A stretch of 64,000 nucleotides of DNA from Picochlorum sp. SENEW3. Its lineage: Eukaryota. Position 1 is the first letter of the stretch; each line of letters opens with the position of its first letter. A model generated the notes under the pieces. That model was not told the DNA's origin. It searched no databases and saw only the letters and a list, made by a program, of their open reading frames with translations. This document shows, in pieces, positions 43,763 through 54,557 of this stretch. The stretch spans positions 930,001 to 994,000 of the forward strand of contig CP120457.1 in assembly GCA_034226945.1 (NCBI GenBank), written 5' to 3'. Made by a program: the position numbers and the translations under genes.

Positions 43763-45563
43763 TCACAAGGCTCCAGCAGATTGGAGTTTTGATGCAACTC
43801 GCCGGCCAAGGTCTGCATCACATTGGCTAAGGTATCCCAGCCATACACGCCTGACTTCTTGTGTGGTTCTTGGATCAAGCAACAAGTCACCAGTGAGGCG
43901 GTCAATGAACCTGTCCTGTCGTGCTTTGTCCCATGATCTGAACCTAATACCTGGTTGGGCAAAGTTGTTTTCTTTGGGAATCACGCCCCTCTCTCTGGTG
44001 CCAGAGAGGTTTCTGGATGGGACTGGGAATTGCTCTGCCTGCCTGGCTGGGTCATTTCTGGAGGGGAAATAGTTCACTTCTTCTTCTCGAATGAGGAAAT
44101 TCATGGCTCCGTCGTGATGGTTGTTATGGTATGCGGATTTGGGGGCGTTTGGAGGGAGCATGAGGTAATTTCCTCCGAGCCTGTACCGCTGTGCATCATG
44201 GTACGAAAACACCCTTGTCTGCAAAAGCTTGTCATCACTATAGTGCACTCCTGGGACAACGATGGCGGGGCAGAATGCCAGCTGCTCATTTTCAAGGAAG
44301 AAATTGTCCGGGTTTCTGTTCAAGACCATTCGTCCCACTGGCTGGAGAGGGAAGACATCCTCTGGCCAAGTCTTTGTCACATCCAATGGGTCAAAATCAA
44401 ACTTGTTCTCATCCTTTGGATCCATAACTTGAATGAACAGTCTCCATTCGGGGTAATCTCCGGCAGCAATTGCATCATACAAATCTTGTGTGGCATGGCT
44501 GTGGTTCTTTCCACCAACAAGAACAGCATCATCATCCAACAGCGACTTGACACCACACGTTGGCTTCCAATGGAACTTGACATACGTCTCCTTCCCTTCC
44601 TTATTCACCATGACAAATGTATGCACACCAAATCCTTCCATATGCCTGTAATTCAGTGGAATACCGACATCATCAAGAAGGAATGTAAACATGTGCATGG
44701 ACTCTGGAAAGTGTGAGAAAAAGTCGGCAATCCTCCACCCCTCTTGAATATGGCTCTTTGGGTTTGGTTTGAGCGAGTGGACCATATCCGGAAACTTCAT
44801 ACCATCTCGGATGAAAAACACTGGCATGTTATTCCCAACCAGATCAAAGTTACCCTCTCTGGTGTAAAATTTGACTGCAAATCCTCTTGGGTCACGAATC
44901 GTCTCTGGAGATCCTCTCTCGTGAATGACTGTCGAGAACCGAACAATCACAGGTGTCTGTACTCCTGGTCCTCTCAAAAAGTCAGCACATGTGAGATGAC
45001 TGATATCGTGAGTCACTTCAAAAAATCCCTTTGCTGACGCTCCTCGGGCATGGACAACTCGTTCTGGTATCCTCTCTCTGTGAAACTGCACAACGTCGTG
45101 GTCATGTAAAGGAAATCATGTAACTAAAAAGAATACAGATGTTAATGAACGTACGTTGGCCAATTTCTCCATCAACTGGTAATCTTCCATCAAAATGGGA
45201 CCTCGAACTCCCACCGTGGCTGAGTTATTGTTATTCCACACGGGAGCACCATGGTTATTGGTCCACTGAGTGGTATTAAACTCGGAATTCGCAGTAAACT
45301 GCAGGCAGAGAGTCGCCGTCAGTCGCCATGGAAGAGACAAAGCATATCCGAAACACGTCTGTGGCTGTCATGATCAAACCCAACCCAAACCCGGACATAT
45401 TTACCATACTTTGGTGTAAAGAAGAGATTGAATGCATAGTAAAGAGGGTGTGGGCAGCATGGCGAACGTTGTTCAATCTCGGTGTCGTCGTCCAACGCCA
45501 GCGTCCCCGCTCTCTCGTCTATTATCCACAGCAATCCAGACAACGTACCTTGTATGGATCCAT
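43763..45563 (-). CDS. CAT: Monofunctional heme catalase (plant type); exons 45563-45549, 45298-45155, 45085-43763
   Basis: MDPYK micro-exon, [26 protein letters not shown] and [12 protein letters not shown]. Confidence 0.97.
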
Positions 45564-45987
45564 GGTGATGTTTTCAATGGATTAAATTCTGTTTGTCGGA
45601 ACCAGTAAGTGCTGTATGTGTCATCATGGATCATCCCCAAACAGACAGGCATGGGTTTTAATATGGATCCGGTCGTTTGTGGGGTTTGATGGGTGGCCAT
45701 TGGTTGGTATCAAGAGGAATGAATTTGGTACGAATCCATGGGCATAGTGGGATGCGTATAGCCAAAATATAAATCAACATGGGGGATGAGGATGAAAGAA
45801 AGAGGAAGAGAGGGAATGGAGGTGGACAGAGTCGGGTGCGTGGACTGCATGTGGCATGCTTTTTTTTAATGTCTTCAATCATTCGATTCCTTGATCCAAC
45901 GATGCATGCATCAGAATACAGTCATATCAAATGCATATATATGTGATTTAAAAACCTATGATGGCCGTATTATGTGCGCAGGATCAG

Positions 45988-46796
45988 ATGAACATGGATG
46001 GAAAGGATATTGTCAAGCTTCCCAGGAAAGGCAAGTATAGACAGCGTGCTCACAGCAATCCATTACTGGATGTGCATTTTGATGTTCCAACAAAGCCATC
46101 TGATGTAGATTGGTGCGTCTCATGATGTATGCATGGTCAACAGCAACAATGATTGTGTTGAATGATTGTCAGCATTATGCATGCAGGTCTACATACTTTC
46201 CTGAACTGTATGCTCAGGCTGTAGAAAAGCAACAGCCTCCGCCACGCGTCGATTTTGTGGATGTGGGGTGCGGTTTTGGGGGTATGACGATAAAATTAGC
46301 AGAAGAGTTCCCGGATAAGCTGGTTGTGGGGATGGAGATTCGGCAAAAAGTGTCAGAATATGTGAAGCAGCGGATTCTAGCCCTACGGAAACGAGAGCCT
46401 GGCAAATATACGAATGCTGCCTCCATTCGTAGTAATACTATGAAGCATCTTGTGCAGTACTTTGAAAAGGGGCAGTTGGAAAAGATGTTTTTCCTGTTTC
46501 CAGATCCTCATTTTAAAACATCAAACCATAGGAGAAGAATTATTCAAACAACTCTGTTGGATGAATACGCATATCTTCTCAAATCAGGAGGTGTATTGTA
46601 TACGATTACCGATGTAGAAGATTTGGCGTGCTGGATGAGAGAGCGATTGGAGCAGCATCCATTGTTTGAGAGAATTCCTGATGACGAGCTGGCCAAAGAT
46701 CCCGTGGCAACGTTTATAGAGACTGTGACTGAAGAAGGTAAAAAGGTGAAGACGAATGGTGGCTCGACATGGAAGGCGATTTTCAGAAGAGTATGA
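45988..46796 (+). CDS. TRM8: tRNA (guanine-N7)-methyltransferase catalytic subunit; exons 45988-46112, 46187-46796
   Basis: [30 protein letters not shown] and TEEGKKV. Confidence 0.95.
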
Positions 46797-46805
46797 TGGC
46801 GAATG

Positions 46806-47213
46806 TTACTGTTTCTTAAATGAGGAGAGATTCTCGTGGAATTCCTTCTTGAGTCGATCAATATCAGGTTTCATTTCTGAAAATAATGGCTTCGCTGGCC
46901 TTTTCAATCCCAATGCCTGCATGCCATGCATTCTTTAACATCATCTTTATGTTGTATTCGAGCTCAAGACGCAAAGAATCTGAAACATACCTCTTGGATT
47001 CCTGCAATGTGACGTAATCCACAAAACCAGAGCGACACCCACCCTATACAAGAATATATGCCGGTAATCTCATCCATAACGCCATCAACGTATTAAAATG
47101 AATAATGAAACAACAATGAATAGGGTTTGAGTCGCACCGAGAGTTGCAAGGGCGAGGACGAGGGCAACGTCCTCTACATCTTTAAGCACGTGTTGGTACC
47201 AGTAGGACTGCAT
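46806..47213 (-). CDS. 79-aa single-pass microprotein, SMIM13-like; exons 47213-47138, 47043-46991, 46916-46806
   Basis: Not in the ORF track. Two GT-AG introns give the open MQSYWYQHVLKDVEDVALVLALATLGWVSLWFCGLRHIAGIQEALGLKRPAKP...KKQ. Confidence 0.6.
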
Positions 47214-47307
47214 ATATGTTCATCTACATCATTAAATCATACATTAATTTATTACTATACATAATTGTGTTTGAATTTCATGGCTCGCTCTCGCTATATG
47301 GATGGTA

Positions 47308-49821
47308 TCAATGGGTCATTAAGGTTTGCTTGTTCCAGAGATGAGCATAGGTTCGCTTGTTCTCCAGCAATTCCTGATGCGTGCCCATTTCAATGATGCT
47401 TCCGTGCTCAACAACAATGATACGGTCAGAGTCTGCGATGGTGGAGAGTCTGTGTGCTACCAAGAGTACTGTTCGATCCTTTCGCTTGGATGACAGCACT
47501 GTTTGGATGTGGTGCTCTGTGATGGAGTCCAAAGATGATGTGGCCTCATCCAGGATGAGGATGGGTGGGTTTTTCAATATTGCCCTTGCAAAAGCAACTC
47601 GCTGTTTTTCTCCCCCACTTAAGCGAAGACCTCGCTCGCCCACCCGAGTTTCAAATCCAGCTGGGAATTTGTTCATGATGGTGTCATACAAACATGCTCC
47701 TTTTGCGGCGGCAATGACATCCTCATCAGACGCATCTGGGTACCCATATTTGATGTTGTACCATATCGTGTCATTGAAGAGCACAGTATCCTGAGGAACG
47801 ACTGATATGAGAGATCGAAGGCTTGTTAATGTGATTCTGCTCAAAGGTTGACCTCCGATGCTTATCCATCCACCCAGTGGATCATACAGGCGAAGTAAGA
47901 GCCTGAGAATTGTGGATTTGCCACTCCCTGTTTGACCCACCAGGCTGCACGTCTTACCATGTGGGATTGTAAAGCTGATATTGTTCAACACTGTGGTGTT
48001 GACTCCATGATATGCAAAGCTGACGTTATCAAACGTGATCTCATGATTGTTTCCCATGAATGGTGCTGATTTTGGATGGTCCTTAATCTTTGCCTCCGTC
48101 TCCAACAGCCTGAAAACGCCCTCCATATCCAGTGCTGCATTTTGAATCATTCGGTAGTATGAGCCAAAAAAGTTCAGTGGAGCGAATAATTGCTGCATGA
48201 GTGTGACAAAGAGGACCGTGTCTCCGACAGACAAGGTTCCCTGGGAGACTCCATACGTGCAAATGAGCATTCCTGAGGCCAGTCCTGTGAAAATGACAAG
48301 CGACTGGAGTACATTCAACGCATTCATGGAGGCAATAAGTTTGTAATCCATTTTCTGGTAATCTCGTATTGCTGTTTCATAACATTTCTTCTCTAAACCC
48401 TCATTCCCAAATATTTTTACAGTCTCGTAATTGAGAAGCGCATCTGTGGCCCTTCCACTGCGTGCATTGTCCAGTTGATTGACTTCTCGTCTAAACTGTC
48501 CCCTCCATTCTGTCAAAAATATTGTCATCGGGATATAAACACCAAGGCTGATGAATACAATCACAGCAATCCATGGCTGCATTTTGAATGCCAGAAACAT
48601 GGCTGCAGCAGCAATGTCAAAGCATGCTGGGCCTATACTAAAGAGAATTGTTCCAAGAATGGTTTGGATCGATGTGCTGCCTCTATCCATAATGCGCAGT
48701 ATTTCTCCAGTCTTTCTATGCAAATGAAAATCATGATCAAGTGCCAGTATGTGAGAAAACACGTCAAGAGATATTCTTTGATACGCCCTTTGAGAAATTG
48801 GAATCCAAAGGTACTGCCGAACATTGTTCAAAATCCCTCCCTGTAAAAAGTAGAGGATCAAATAGATGGCTACAAATGGATACAACGCATCTGAAAATGG
48901 AATGGGTGATGGATGCTTACTCCCTGGATGCGTTTGCTGAGCAATAGCAGAAAACGTGTCGATGACTTTCTTATAAAAGAAGGGCACTGAGATGTTCAAG
49001 AGTCTCATACAAATCACAACCCCTAGGCACAAGCTGGCTCTGATCTTCAACCAAAGTGAGTCAGGCCATACATATTGTAACGCTATTCCAAGCAACAGTA
49101 TCCAATTCTTTTCTCTTTTTCTGAGGCTGTTGTTTGATGGCAAATCCTGATACTCTGTGGAGTTGAGTGCTTGGAGATCCCTGTACTTGAGCACTTCCAG
49201 CAAAGCAAAGACAGCTACCACCATCACATTGAGTGCATAGATGAAAAAATGCTTTTCGCTGACGACAATGCATTGGATACTATAGAACACGAGAGCCGAA
49301 AAGCACCACAGTCGTATACTGGTAATCCCTTCTATATACCCGTGGTTGTGGGCATCCTCTTCATCCTGTATGGTAGAAATCTTTTGCCGTGTCCATCGCA
49401 GCAGCATGACACATGCTATCCATCCACCACCAATGACAATATTACTACATGCGGGAAATATCCCATGGGATATGCCCTTGCTGCTGTAGAGAGCCCAGAC
49501 AGCAACAGCAGCATGCATCATTGCCACGAGGACTGACAGCGCCATCTGGAGTGGAAATAATACCTTGATAGAAGCTCTGCCATAGAGTGAGACATTCAGG
49601 TCGTGAAAATCGAGTCCACTCGCATCACCTCGTTCCAAGAGTGCCTCAGCCTCCTGAGGTGGAGGTGACCTTGGTTGTCGAATCCGAACAACATAGAGGT
49701 ACCGTGCCACAATGGCGACTGATACAATGCTATATACTATATAATTACAAATTCTAACCCCATCCTGCCCTTTCAGATGGTCGAAACCGTACATTCCAGT
49801 GTCGAGCGTTTGAAAACGCAT
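47308..49821 (-). CDS. Half-size ABCB transporter, HMT1/ABCB6-like (extra N-terminal TM domain)
   Basis: FHLHRKTGEILRIMDRG, DALLNYETVK, PLNFFGSYYR, Walker A GQTGSGKST, LSGGEKQR and DEATS. Confidence 0.92.
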   Translation of the reverse strand: MRFQTLDTGMYGFDHLKGQDGVRICNYIVYSIVSVAIVARYLYVVRIRQPRSPPPQEAEALLERGDASGLDFHDLNVSLYGRASIKVLFPLQMALSVLVAMMHAAVAVWALYSSKGISHGIFPACSNIVIGGGWIACVMLLRWTRQKISTIQDEEDAHNHGYIEGITSIRLWCFSALVFYSIQCIVVSEKHFFIYALNVMVVAVFALLEVLKYRDLQALNSTEYQDLPSNNSLRKREKNWILLLGIALQYVWPDSLWLKIRASLCLGVVICMRLLNISVPFFYKKVIDTFSAIAQQTHPGSKHPSPIPFSDALYPFVAIYLILYFLQGGILNNVRQYLWIPISQRAYQRISLDVFSHILALDHDFHLHRKTGEILRIMDRGSTSIQTILGTILFSIGPACFDIAAAAMFLAFKMQPWIAVIVFISLGVYIPMTIFLTEWRGQFRREVNQLDNARSGRATDALLNYETVKIFGNEGLEKKCYETAIRDYQKMDYKLIASMNALNVLQSLVIFTGLASGMLICTYGVSQGTLSVGDTVLFVTLMQQLFAPLNFFGSYYRMIQNAALDMEGVFRLLETEAKIKDHPKSAPFMGNNHEITFDNVSFAYHGVNTTVLNNISFTIPHGKTCSLVGQTGSGKSTILRLLLRLYDPLGGWISIGGQPLSRITLTSLRSLISVVPQDTVLFNDTIWYNIKYGYPDASDEDVIAAAKGACLYDTIMNKFPAGFETRVGERGLRLSGGEKQRVAFARAILKNPPILILDEATSSLDSITEHHIQTVLSSKRKDRTVLLVAHRLSTIADSDRIIVVEHGSIIEMGTHQELLENKRTYAHLWNKQTLMTH

Positions 49822-49864
49822 GCTATGAAGGATTTCGGATCATTACAACAATAATAAGCGTTAC

Positions 49865-51893
49865 TTATTCCTCTAAATCCACTTTATAAATTGCTGCAAG
49901 TACTTTTCTTGCAATATCGTATACGATGATGGCGTCCTTCTTCTTGTCAAATGATCCTGCTGTGAAATGTGCAAATGGCCACCAATCTGGCTTGTTTTCC
50001 TTATCTCTATACACTTTGGTTGGAGGGACCTCTTTCAAGCCTTTTGCCTTTCTTTCGTGGTTCACAGCGTCGGTGACCATGATGCGACAGAGCTTGACGA
50101 GAGGATCCGCTTTGAACACTGTGTGCGGTTTCTGCCATTGGAATGTTTGTTGCGTGGCATTCTCAGCTTCTTTTTGGGCAGATTCTTCGCGTTGCTTCTG
50201 GGCATTCTTCTTCAAGTCATCAATGTTCACCATTTTTGATGCAGCGTCTTCTTTGCTTGCTGATTGCAATAGTTGTGTGAGAACACCGCCGTCTGCCCCA
50301 TCAAATTTGCCACTTGGCTGTGTTGCGGGGACCTCCTCATCAGAGCTTGACTCGTCTGATGAAGACGATGATGAACTGGATTCATCGGAAGAGGAGCTAG
50401 AGTCTTCTGACGAGGAACTGGATTCCTCCTCCGAAGACGAAGCTGGCTTTGGTGCTGGAGGTGCAGCTTTTTGTGGAGGTGGTTCCTGCTTTGGAGAGGT
50501 TACCACAGGAGGCTCCTCCTTGTCAATCACAATATCCTTGCTTTTCTCTTCCGAGGAACTTGAAGATTCGGAAGAAGAGCTCGATGTATCTGAAGAGGAG
50601 GAGTTTGGGGCCGCAGCCACCTTGGTGACCTTCTTTGTCTGCTCAACCACAGGAGCTGGCGGTGCTTTTGCTGGTTCTTCAACGGTCTGCTTTTTCTTCT
50701 TCGGCGACTCTACCGCGCTCTTCTTCTTCTTCTTTGGTGATTCAACTGCAACTTTCTGTTTCGCAGCAATGGGCTGCTCTGCTTTTGTCTCTTTCGCAGC
50801 CACAGCCTGCACAACATCCTTTGCAGATTTTTGTTGAACACTCTTCTTTTCCTTCTTCTCTACAGCAGCTTCCTTTGCTTTTTTCTGTGTCTCCTTCTTC
50901 TGCTTCTTCACTGGCTCTGCAGTTTTCTCCTTTGTGGCAACAGGCTTGGTCGCTTTTGCCCCCTTTCCCTTTTGTGGACCAGTATCCTCATCCTCTGAGG
51001 AAGAAGAAGATGAGGAAGACGAGGAAGATTCTGACGATTCTTCCTCCTCCACAGCCATCTTGACCACCTCATCCTTCTGCACCAACTCTGTGGTGTTATT
51101 CTTCACCGAATCCCTCTTTCTCTTCCTCCTCTCCTTCTTCTTCTGATTCTTCAATGTATTCCCAGCAGCCACCACACCCTTTGCAGGCCCAGTCTCAACT
51201 TCACCATTTTGCTTCTTCTTCTTTTTCTGAACCTCAGCCGGAGCAGTATTCTTCTTATTTATTTGAACCTCCGCCGGTGCAATATTGTTCTTCTTTATCT
51301 GAACCTCAGCCGGAGTCTTCTTCAAAGTCTGCCCCTTGTCCTCCACCACCCTCTCCTTCTTCTGCACACTCTGCTTCCTTCCCTTCCTCACCGGAGTCAC
51401 ATACGGATTCTGCTTCTGCCGAACCACAGGAACAGCATACTCAGCAAATAACTTCAATATATCCGACTGGGCAATATCCCCAACCGTATACTCATCCGGC
51501 ACCGTGAAACAATTCCCCCTCTCTCGACTCGGACTCACAGCATCAAATAAACAATTGATCCGCTCCAGTGTATTCCTATTCTCCACTCCACCATTCTCAG
51601 GCACATCATAATTCTCTCGAATCAGCTCATCCACCCGCTCTGCATACACAAACAGGGAAGAATTCGTGACATTGTCCAGTTCATGCAAACAAAAAAAACC
51701 CGCTCTCTGGTATGACTTCAACTACCACCACGAGAGCACAATCTGCTTTGATTTATATTTTATAGGCAGTATTGCTACATAACGTACTCTTTAAATCCCC
51801 TATCGTCGTCCCAAGATTTTCAATGAGAAGAATGGACGCATCCACGTTTGTATCTACAAACACTCGGACGGTCTTTGTACGGGAAGCAGACAT
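49865..51893 (-). CDS. Low-complexity K/S/E-rich nuclear/nucleolar-type protein; exons 51893-51788, 51639-49865
   Basis: Alternating basic tracts and poly-Ser/acidic tracts, with small globular N- and C-terminal ends (VFVDTN; ENKPDWWP). The intron is GTACGT..TGCAG. Confidence 0.8.
51228..51323. repeat. Coding 36-bp tandem repeat (about 2.7 copies; PAEVQ-K/N-rich unit)
   Basis: TGAACCTC(A/C)GCCGG starts at 51228, 51264 and 51300. Confidence 0.85.
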
Positions 51894-52306
51894 CCTATGC
51901 CTACTATTATTTAATACAAATATTGGGGTGGGTACTGCCACAGAGGCTTTGTATCGACGGATACGACATCACCGACATGAGAATTCTTCAGAACCGGTCA
52001 ATGGGTGGCTTTGACCGAGACATGTGTTCTCAAGAAAACCCTTCACGAGCGAATAGGGTATGAGCGATCATGGTCCTGGTCAGGGTCGCGCATCACGATC
52101 TGACAAAAATAAAAACATTTATACGAATACTATCAGGTAGGTTGGTAGCATGGATGAAGGAATGGAGTTGGTTGCGAGGGTTGTGCGCATGAAGGTGGAT
52201 GGATTGCCCTTTCTTCCTAGTGTGTATTGATTGCGTGATTCCCATGGCTCTTTTCTCTTCATTTCATCGTAATACTATGTTTTAATGGTGTAGCAGTATC
52301 ATTATC

Positions 52307-53677
52307 ATGGTGGCAATCACGGGGATGAAGAATCTGACGACGCAGTGTCACAGACAGCAGCAGGGTTCTCTGTTGCTGTCACAGAAGAGGCATGCGGTGT
52401 CCCCACGGCAGAGACGCTCTGGTCGTGGTGCTGCTGTGAACGTCCATGCATCAGGGGGATTGGATAAGACGAACGTGAACAAGGTTGTGTTGGCGTACTC
52501 TGGAGGACTGGATACGTCTGTGATTCTGAAATGGTTGCAGGATGAGTATGACTGTGAGGTGGTGACGTTTACCGCTGATCTTGGTCAGGGTGAAGAGCTT
52601 GAGCCAGCACGTAAAAAGGCAGAGGCTGCTGGAGTGAAGGAGATTTATATTGATGATTTGAGAGAGGAGTTTGTGAGGGATTATGTGTGGCCCATGTTCA
52701 GAGCAAACGCCACCTATGAGGGTATTTATTTGTTGGGGACGTCCATCGCGAGACCCCTGATTGCCAAGAGGCAGATTGAGATTGCCAAGGAGGTTGGTGC
52801 TGATGCTGTGTCTCATGGAGCGACTGGTAAGGGAAATGATCAGGTTCGATTTGAGCTCGGGTATTATGCTTTAAAGCCAGATATCAAGGTGATTGCTCCA
52901 TGGAGGGAATGGGATTTGAACTCTCGTACAAGATTGATTGCGTATGCTGAGAGCAAAGGATTGGAGGTTCCTCAGAGTAAGAGAGGGGAGCCACCATTCT
53001 CCACGGATGCCAATCTCCTTCATATTTCCTATGAAGGAAATGCATTGGAAGATCCATGGGTGGAGCCTCAGGAGAGCATGTTCACGAGAAGTGTGTCACC
53101 AGAAAATGCTCCTAATGAACCAGAGTATGTTGAAATAGAATTTATGCACGGTGATCCAGTGGCTATCAATGGGGTGGAGATGTCCCCAGCGACCATGCTG
53201 ACCACACTGAACGAACTTGGAGGCAAGCATGGTATTGGACGCATTGATATTGTCGAGTCCAGGTTTGTTGGTATGAAGAGCAGAGGTGTGTATGAGACAC
53301 CAGGAGGAACTATTCTGATCGCTGCCCATCGTGCCATTGAATCCATCTGCTTGGATAGAGGAGAGATGCATTTGAAGGATGAGTTGATGCCACGATATGC
53401 TGAGATTTTGTACAATGGATTCTGGTTCAGTCCAGAGCGTGAGGCACTGCAGGCAGCCATTGATTCAACCCAGAAGTATTGCAATGGAACAGTTCGTTTG
53501 AAGCTGTACAAGGGTAATATCCTCACAGTGGGTCGCAAGGCACCAACATCATTATACGATGACAAGATTTCATCGTTTGAAGATGATGGAGGAGCGTACG
53601 ACCAAAAGGATGCTGCTGGATTCATCAAACTTCAGGCATTGCGTTTGAGAACTCTGGCATCCAAGCGTGGATATTAG
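52307..53677 (+). CDS. argG: Argininosuccinate synthase, plastid-targeted
   Basis: [26 protein letters not shown] and [10 protein letters not shown], after a transit-like N-terminus. Confidence 0.97.
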   Translation: MVAITGMKNLTTQCHRQQQGSLLLSQKRHAVSPRQRRSGRGAAVNVHASGGLDKTNVNKVVLAYSGGLDTSVILKWLQDEYDCEVVTFTADLGQGEELEPARKKAEAAGVKEIYIDDLREEFVRDYVWPMFRANATYEGIYLLGTSIARPLIAKRQIEIAKEVGADAVSHGATGKGNDQVRFELGYYALKPDIKVIAPWREWDLNSRTRLIAYAESKGLEVPQSKRGEPPFSTDANLLHISYEGNALEDPWVEPQESMFTRSVSPENAPNEPEYVEIEFMHGDPVAINGVEMSPATMLTTLNELGGKHGIGRIDIVESRFVGMKSRGVYETPGGTILIAAHRAIESICLDRGEMHLKDELMPRYAEILYNGFWFSPEREALQAAIDSTQKYCNGTVRLKLYKGNILTVGRKAPTSLYDDKISSFEDDGGAYDQKDAAGFIKLQALRLRTLASKRGY

Positions 53678-53759
53678 AGTTGTGTGTGGTAGAACAACAA
53701 ATATATGCCTGATTGGTTATTCCAACCATCAACAATGTAATACAACTACTTTACATGCC

Positions 53760-54434
53760 CTAACCCTGTATCCATCGGGAAAAGATCAATGCACCCACTC
53801 CTGAGAGACAGATTGCCGCCACAATGAATGTCAGAATGAAGAAGGAGACAATCTTGTTTGGCAACCCCAATTTATTTTTCAATTTTTCCATCACCATATC
53901 CACCCAAGGAGCCAACGCTGCCGCTCCAGCCAGTCTAAATGGCCTCGTGACGTTATTTCCTGCCCACATGAGAATGCAGATTTTCACAATATCAGCCACG
54001 TTGGCAGTAGGGTTCAACCCAGTTCTTGCCTCGTATCCCAAAAAGGCAATGGCAAACGCAATGCTGTAGCTCACCCCATCAAATAAACCGTATGCCAAAA
54101 CAGCAGCTGGTCCGTATGAAATAAGTTTCTTTCGTAATGCAGCGCTCTTCTCGGCATTGCGTCGAAACCAGGCCTGCACTCCGGTCATGGTGGAAGGAGA
54201 TGAGTTGTCTTGTACCTCATTTGCTTCTTCCTGTTCTCCTCCTTGGCTCTGTGGCATGCTCTCTCCATCCGCCGAAGCGAACGATGCTTTGAAAGTGGAT
54301 ACTTTTATGGCATGTCTCCGTCTATTGGTATCAACTTGTTTCCACAACGGTGGACTCGCTGCTCTGGTATTTAAACTGGCAAACCTGTTGCTGGATGTTC
54401 CCAGCACCCCCTGGACCTGCATATGACTCATCAT
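53760..54434 (-). CDS. Conserved hypothetical plastid membrane protein
   Basis: Transit peptide, YGPAAVLAYGLFDG and WAGNNVTRPFRLAGAAALAP, with several hydrophobic helices. Confidence 0.8.
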   Translation of the reverse strand: MMSHMQVQGVLGTSSNRFASLNTRAASPPLWKQVDTNRRRHAIKVSTFKASFASADGESMPQSQGGEQEEANEVQDNSSPSTMTGVQAWFRRNAEKSAALRKKLISYGPAAVLAYGLFDGVSYSIAFAIAFLGYEARTGLNPTANVADIVKICILMWAGNNVTRPFRLAGAAALAPWVDMVMEKLKNKLGLPNKIVSFFILTFIVAAICLSGVGALIFSRWIQG

Positions 54435-54557
54435 CGTTCATATAAAGGAAAGTTTCAAATTTCTAGTCTTATTCATTGAATAGAATCGTTACTTTGAAGG
54501 AGGATCCTATCAACAACCGATCGAATGTCCCAAATTAGACACATTAAATAACCCGAC

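Noticed and set aside
47308..49821. ABC transporter as an ATM3-like cPMP exporter linked to the Moco genes
   Set aside because: The extra N-terminal TM domain points to the HMT1/ABCB6 type, and it lies about 25 kb from CNX2 beyond unrelated genes.
49926..50837. 303-aa plus-strand ORF
   Set aside because: It is antisense to a low-complexity coding region, where stop codons are depleted by composition.
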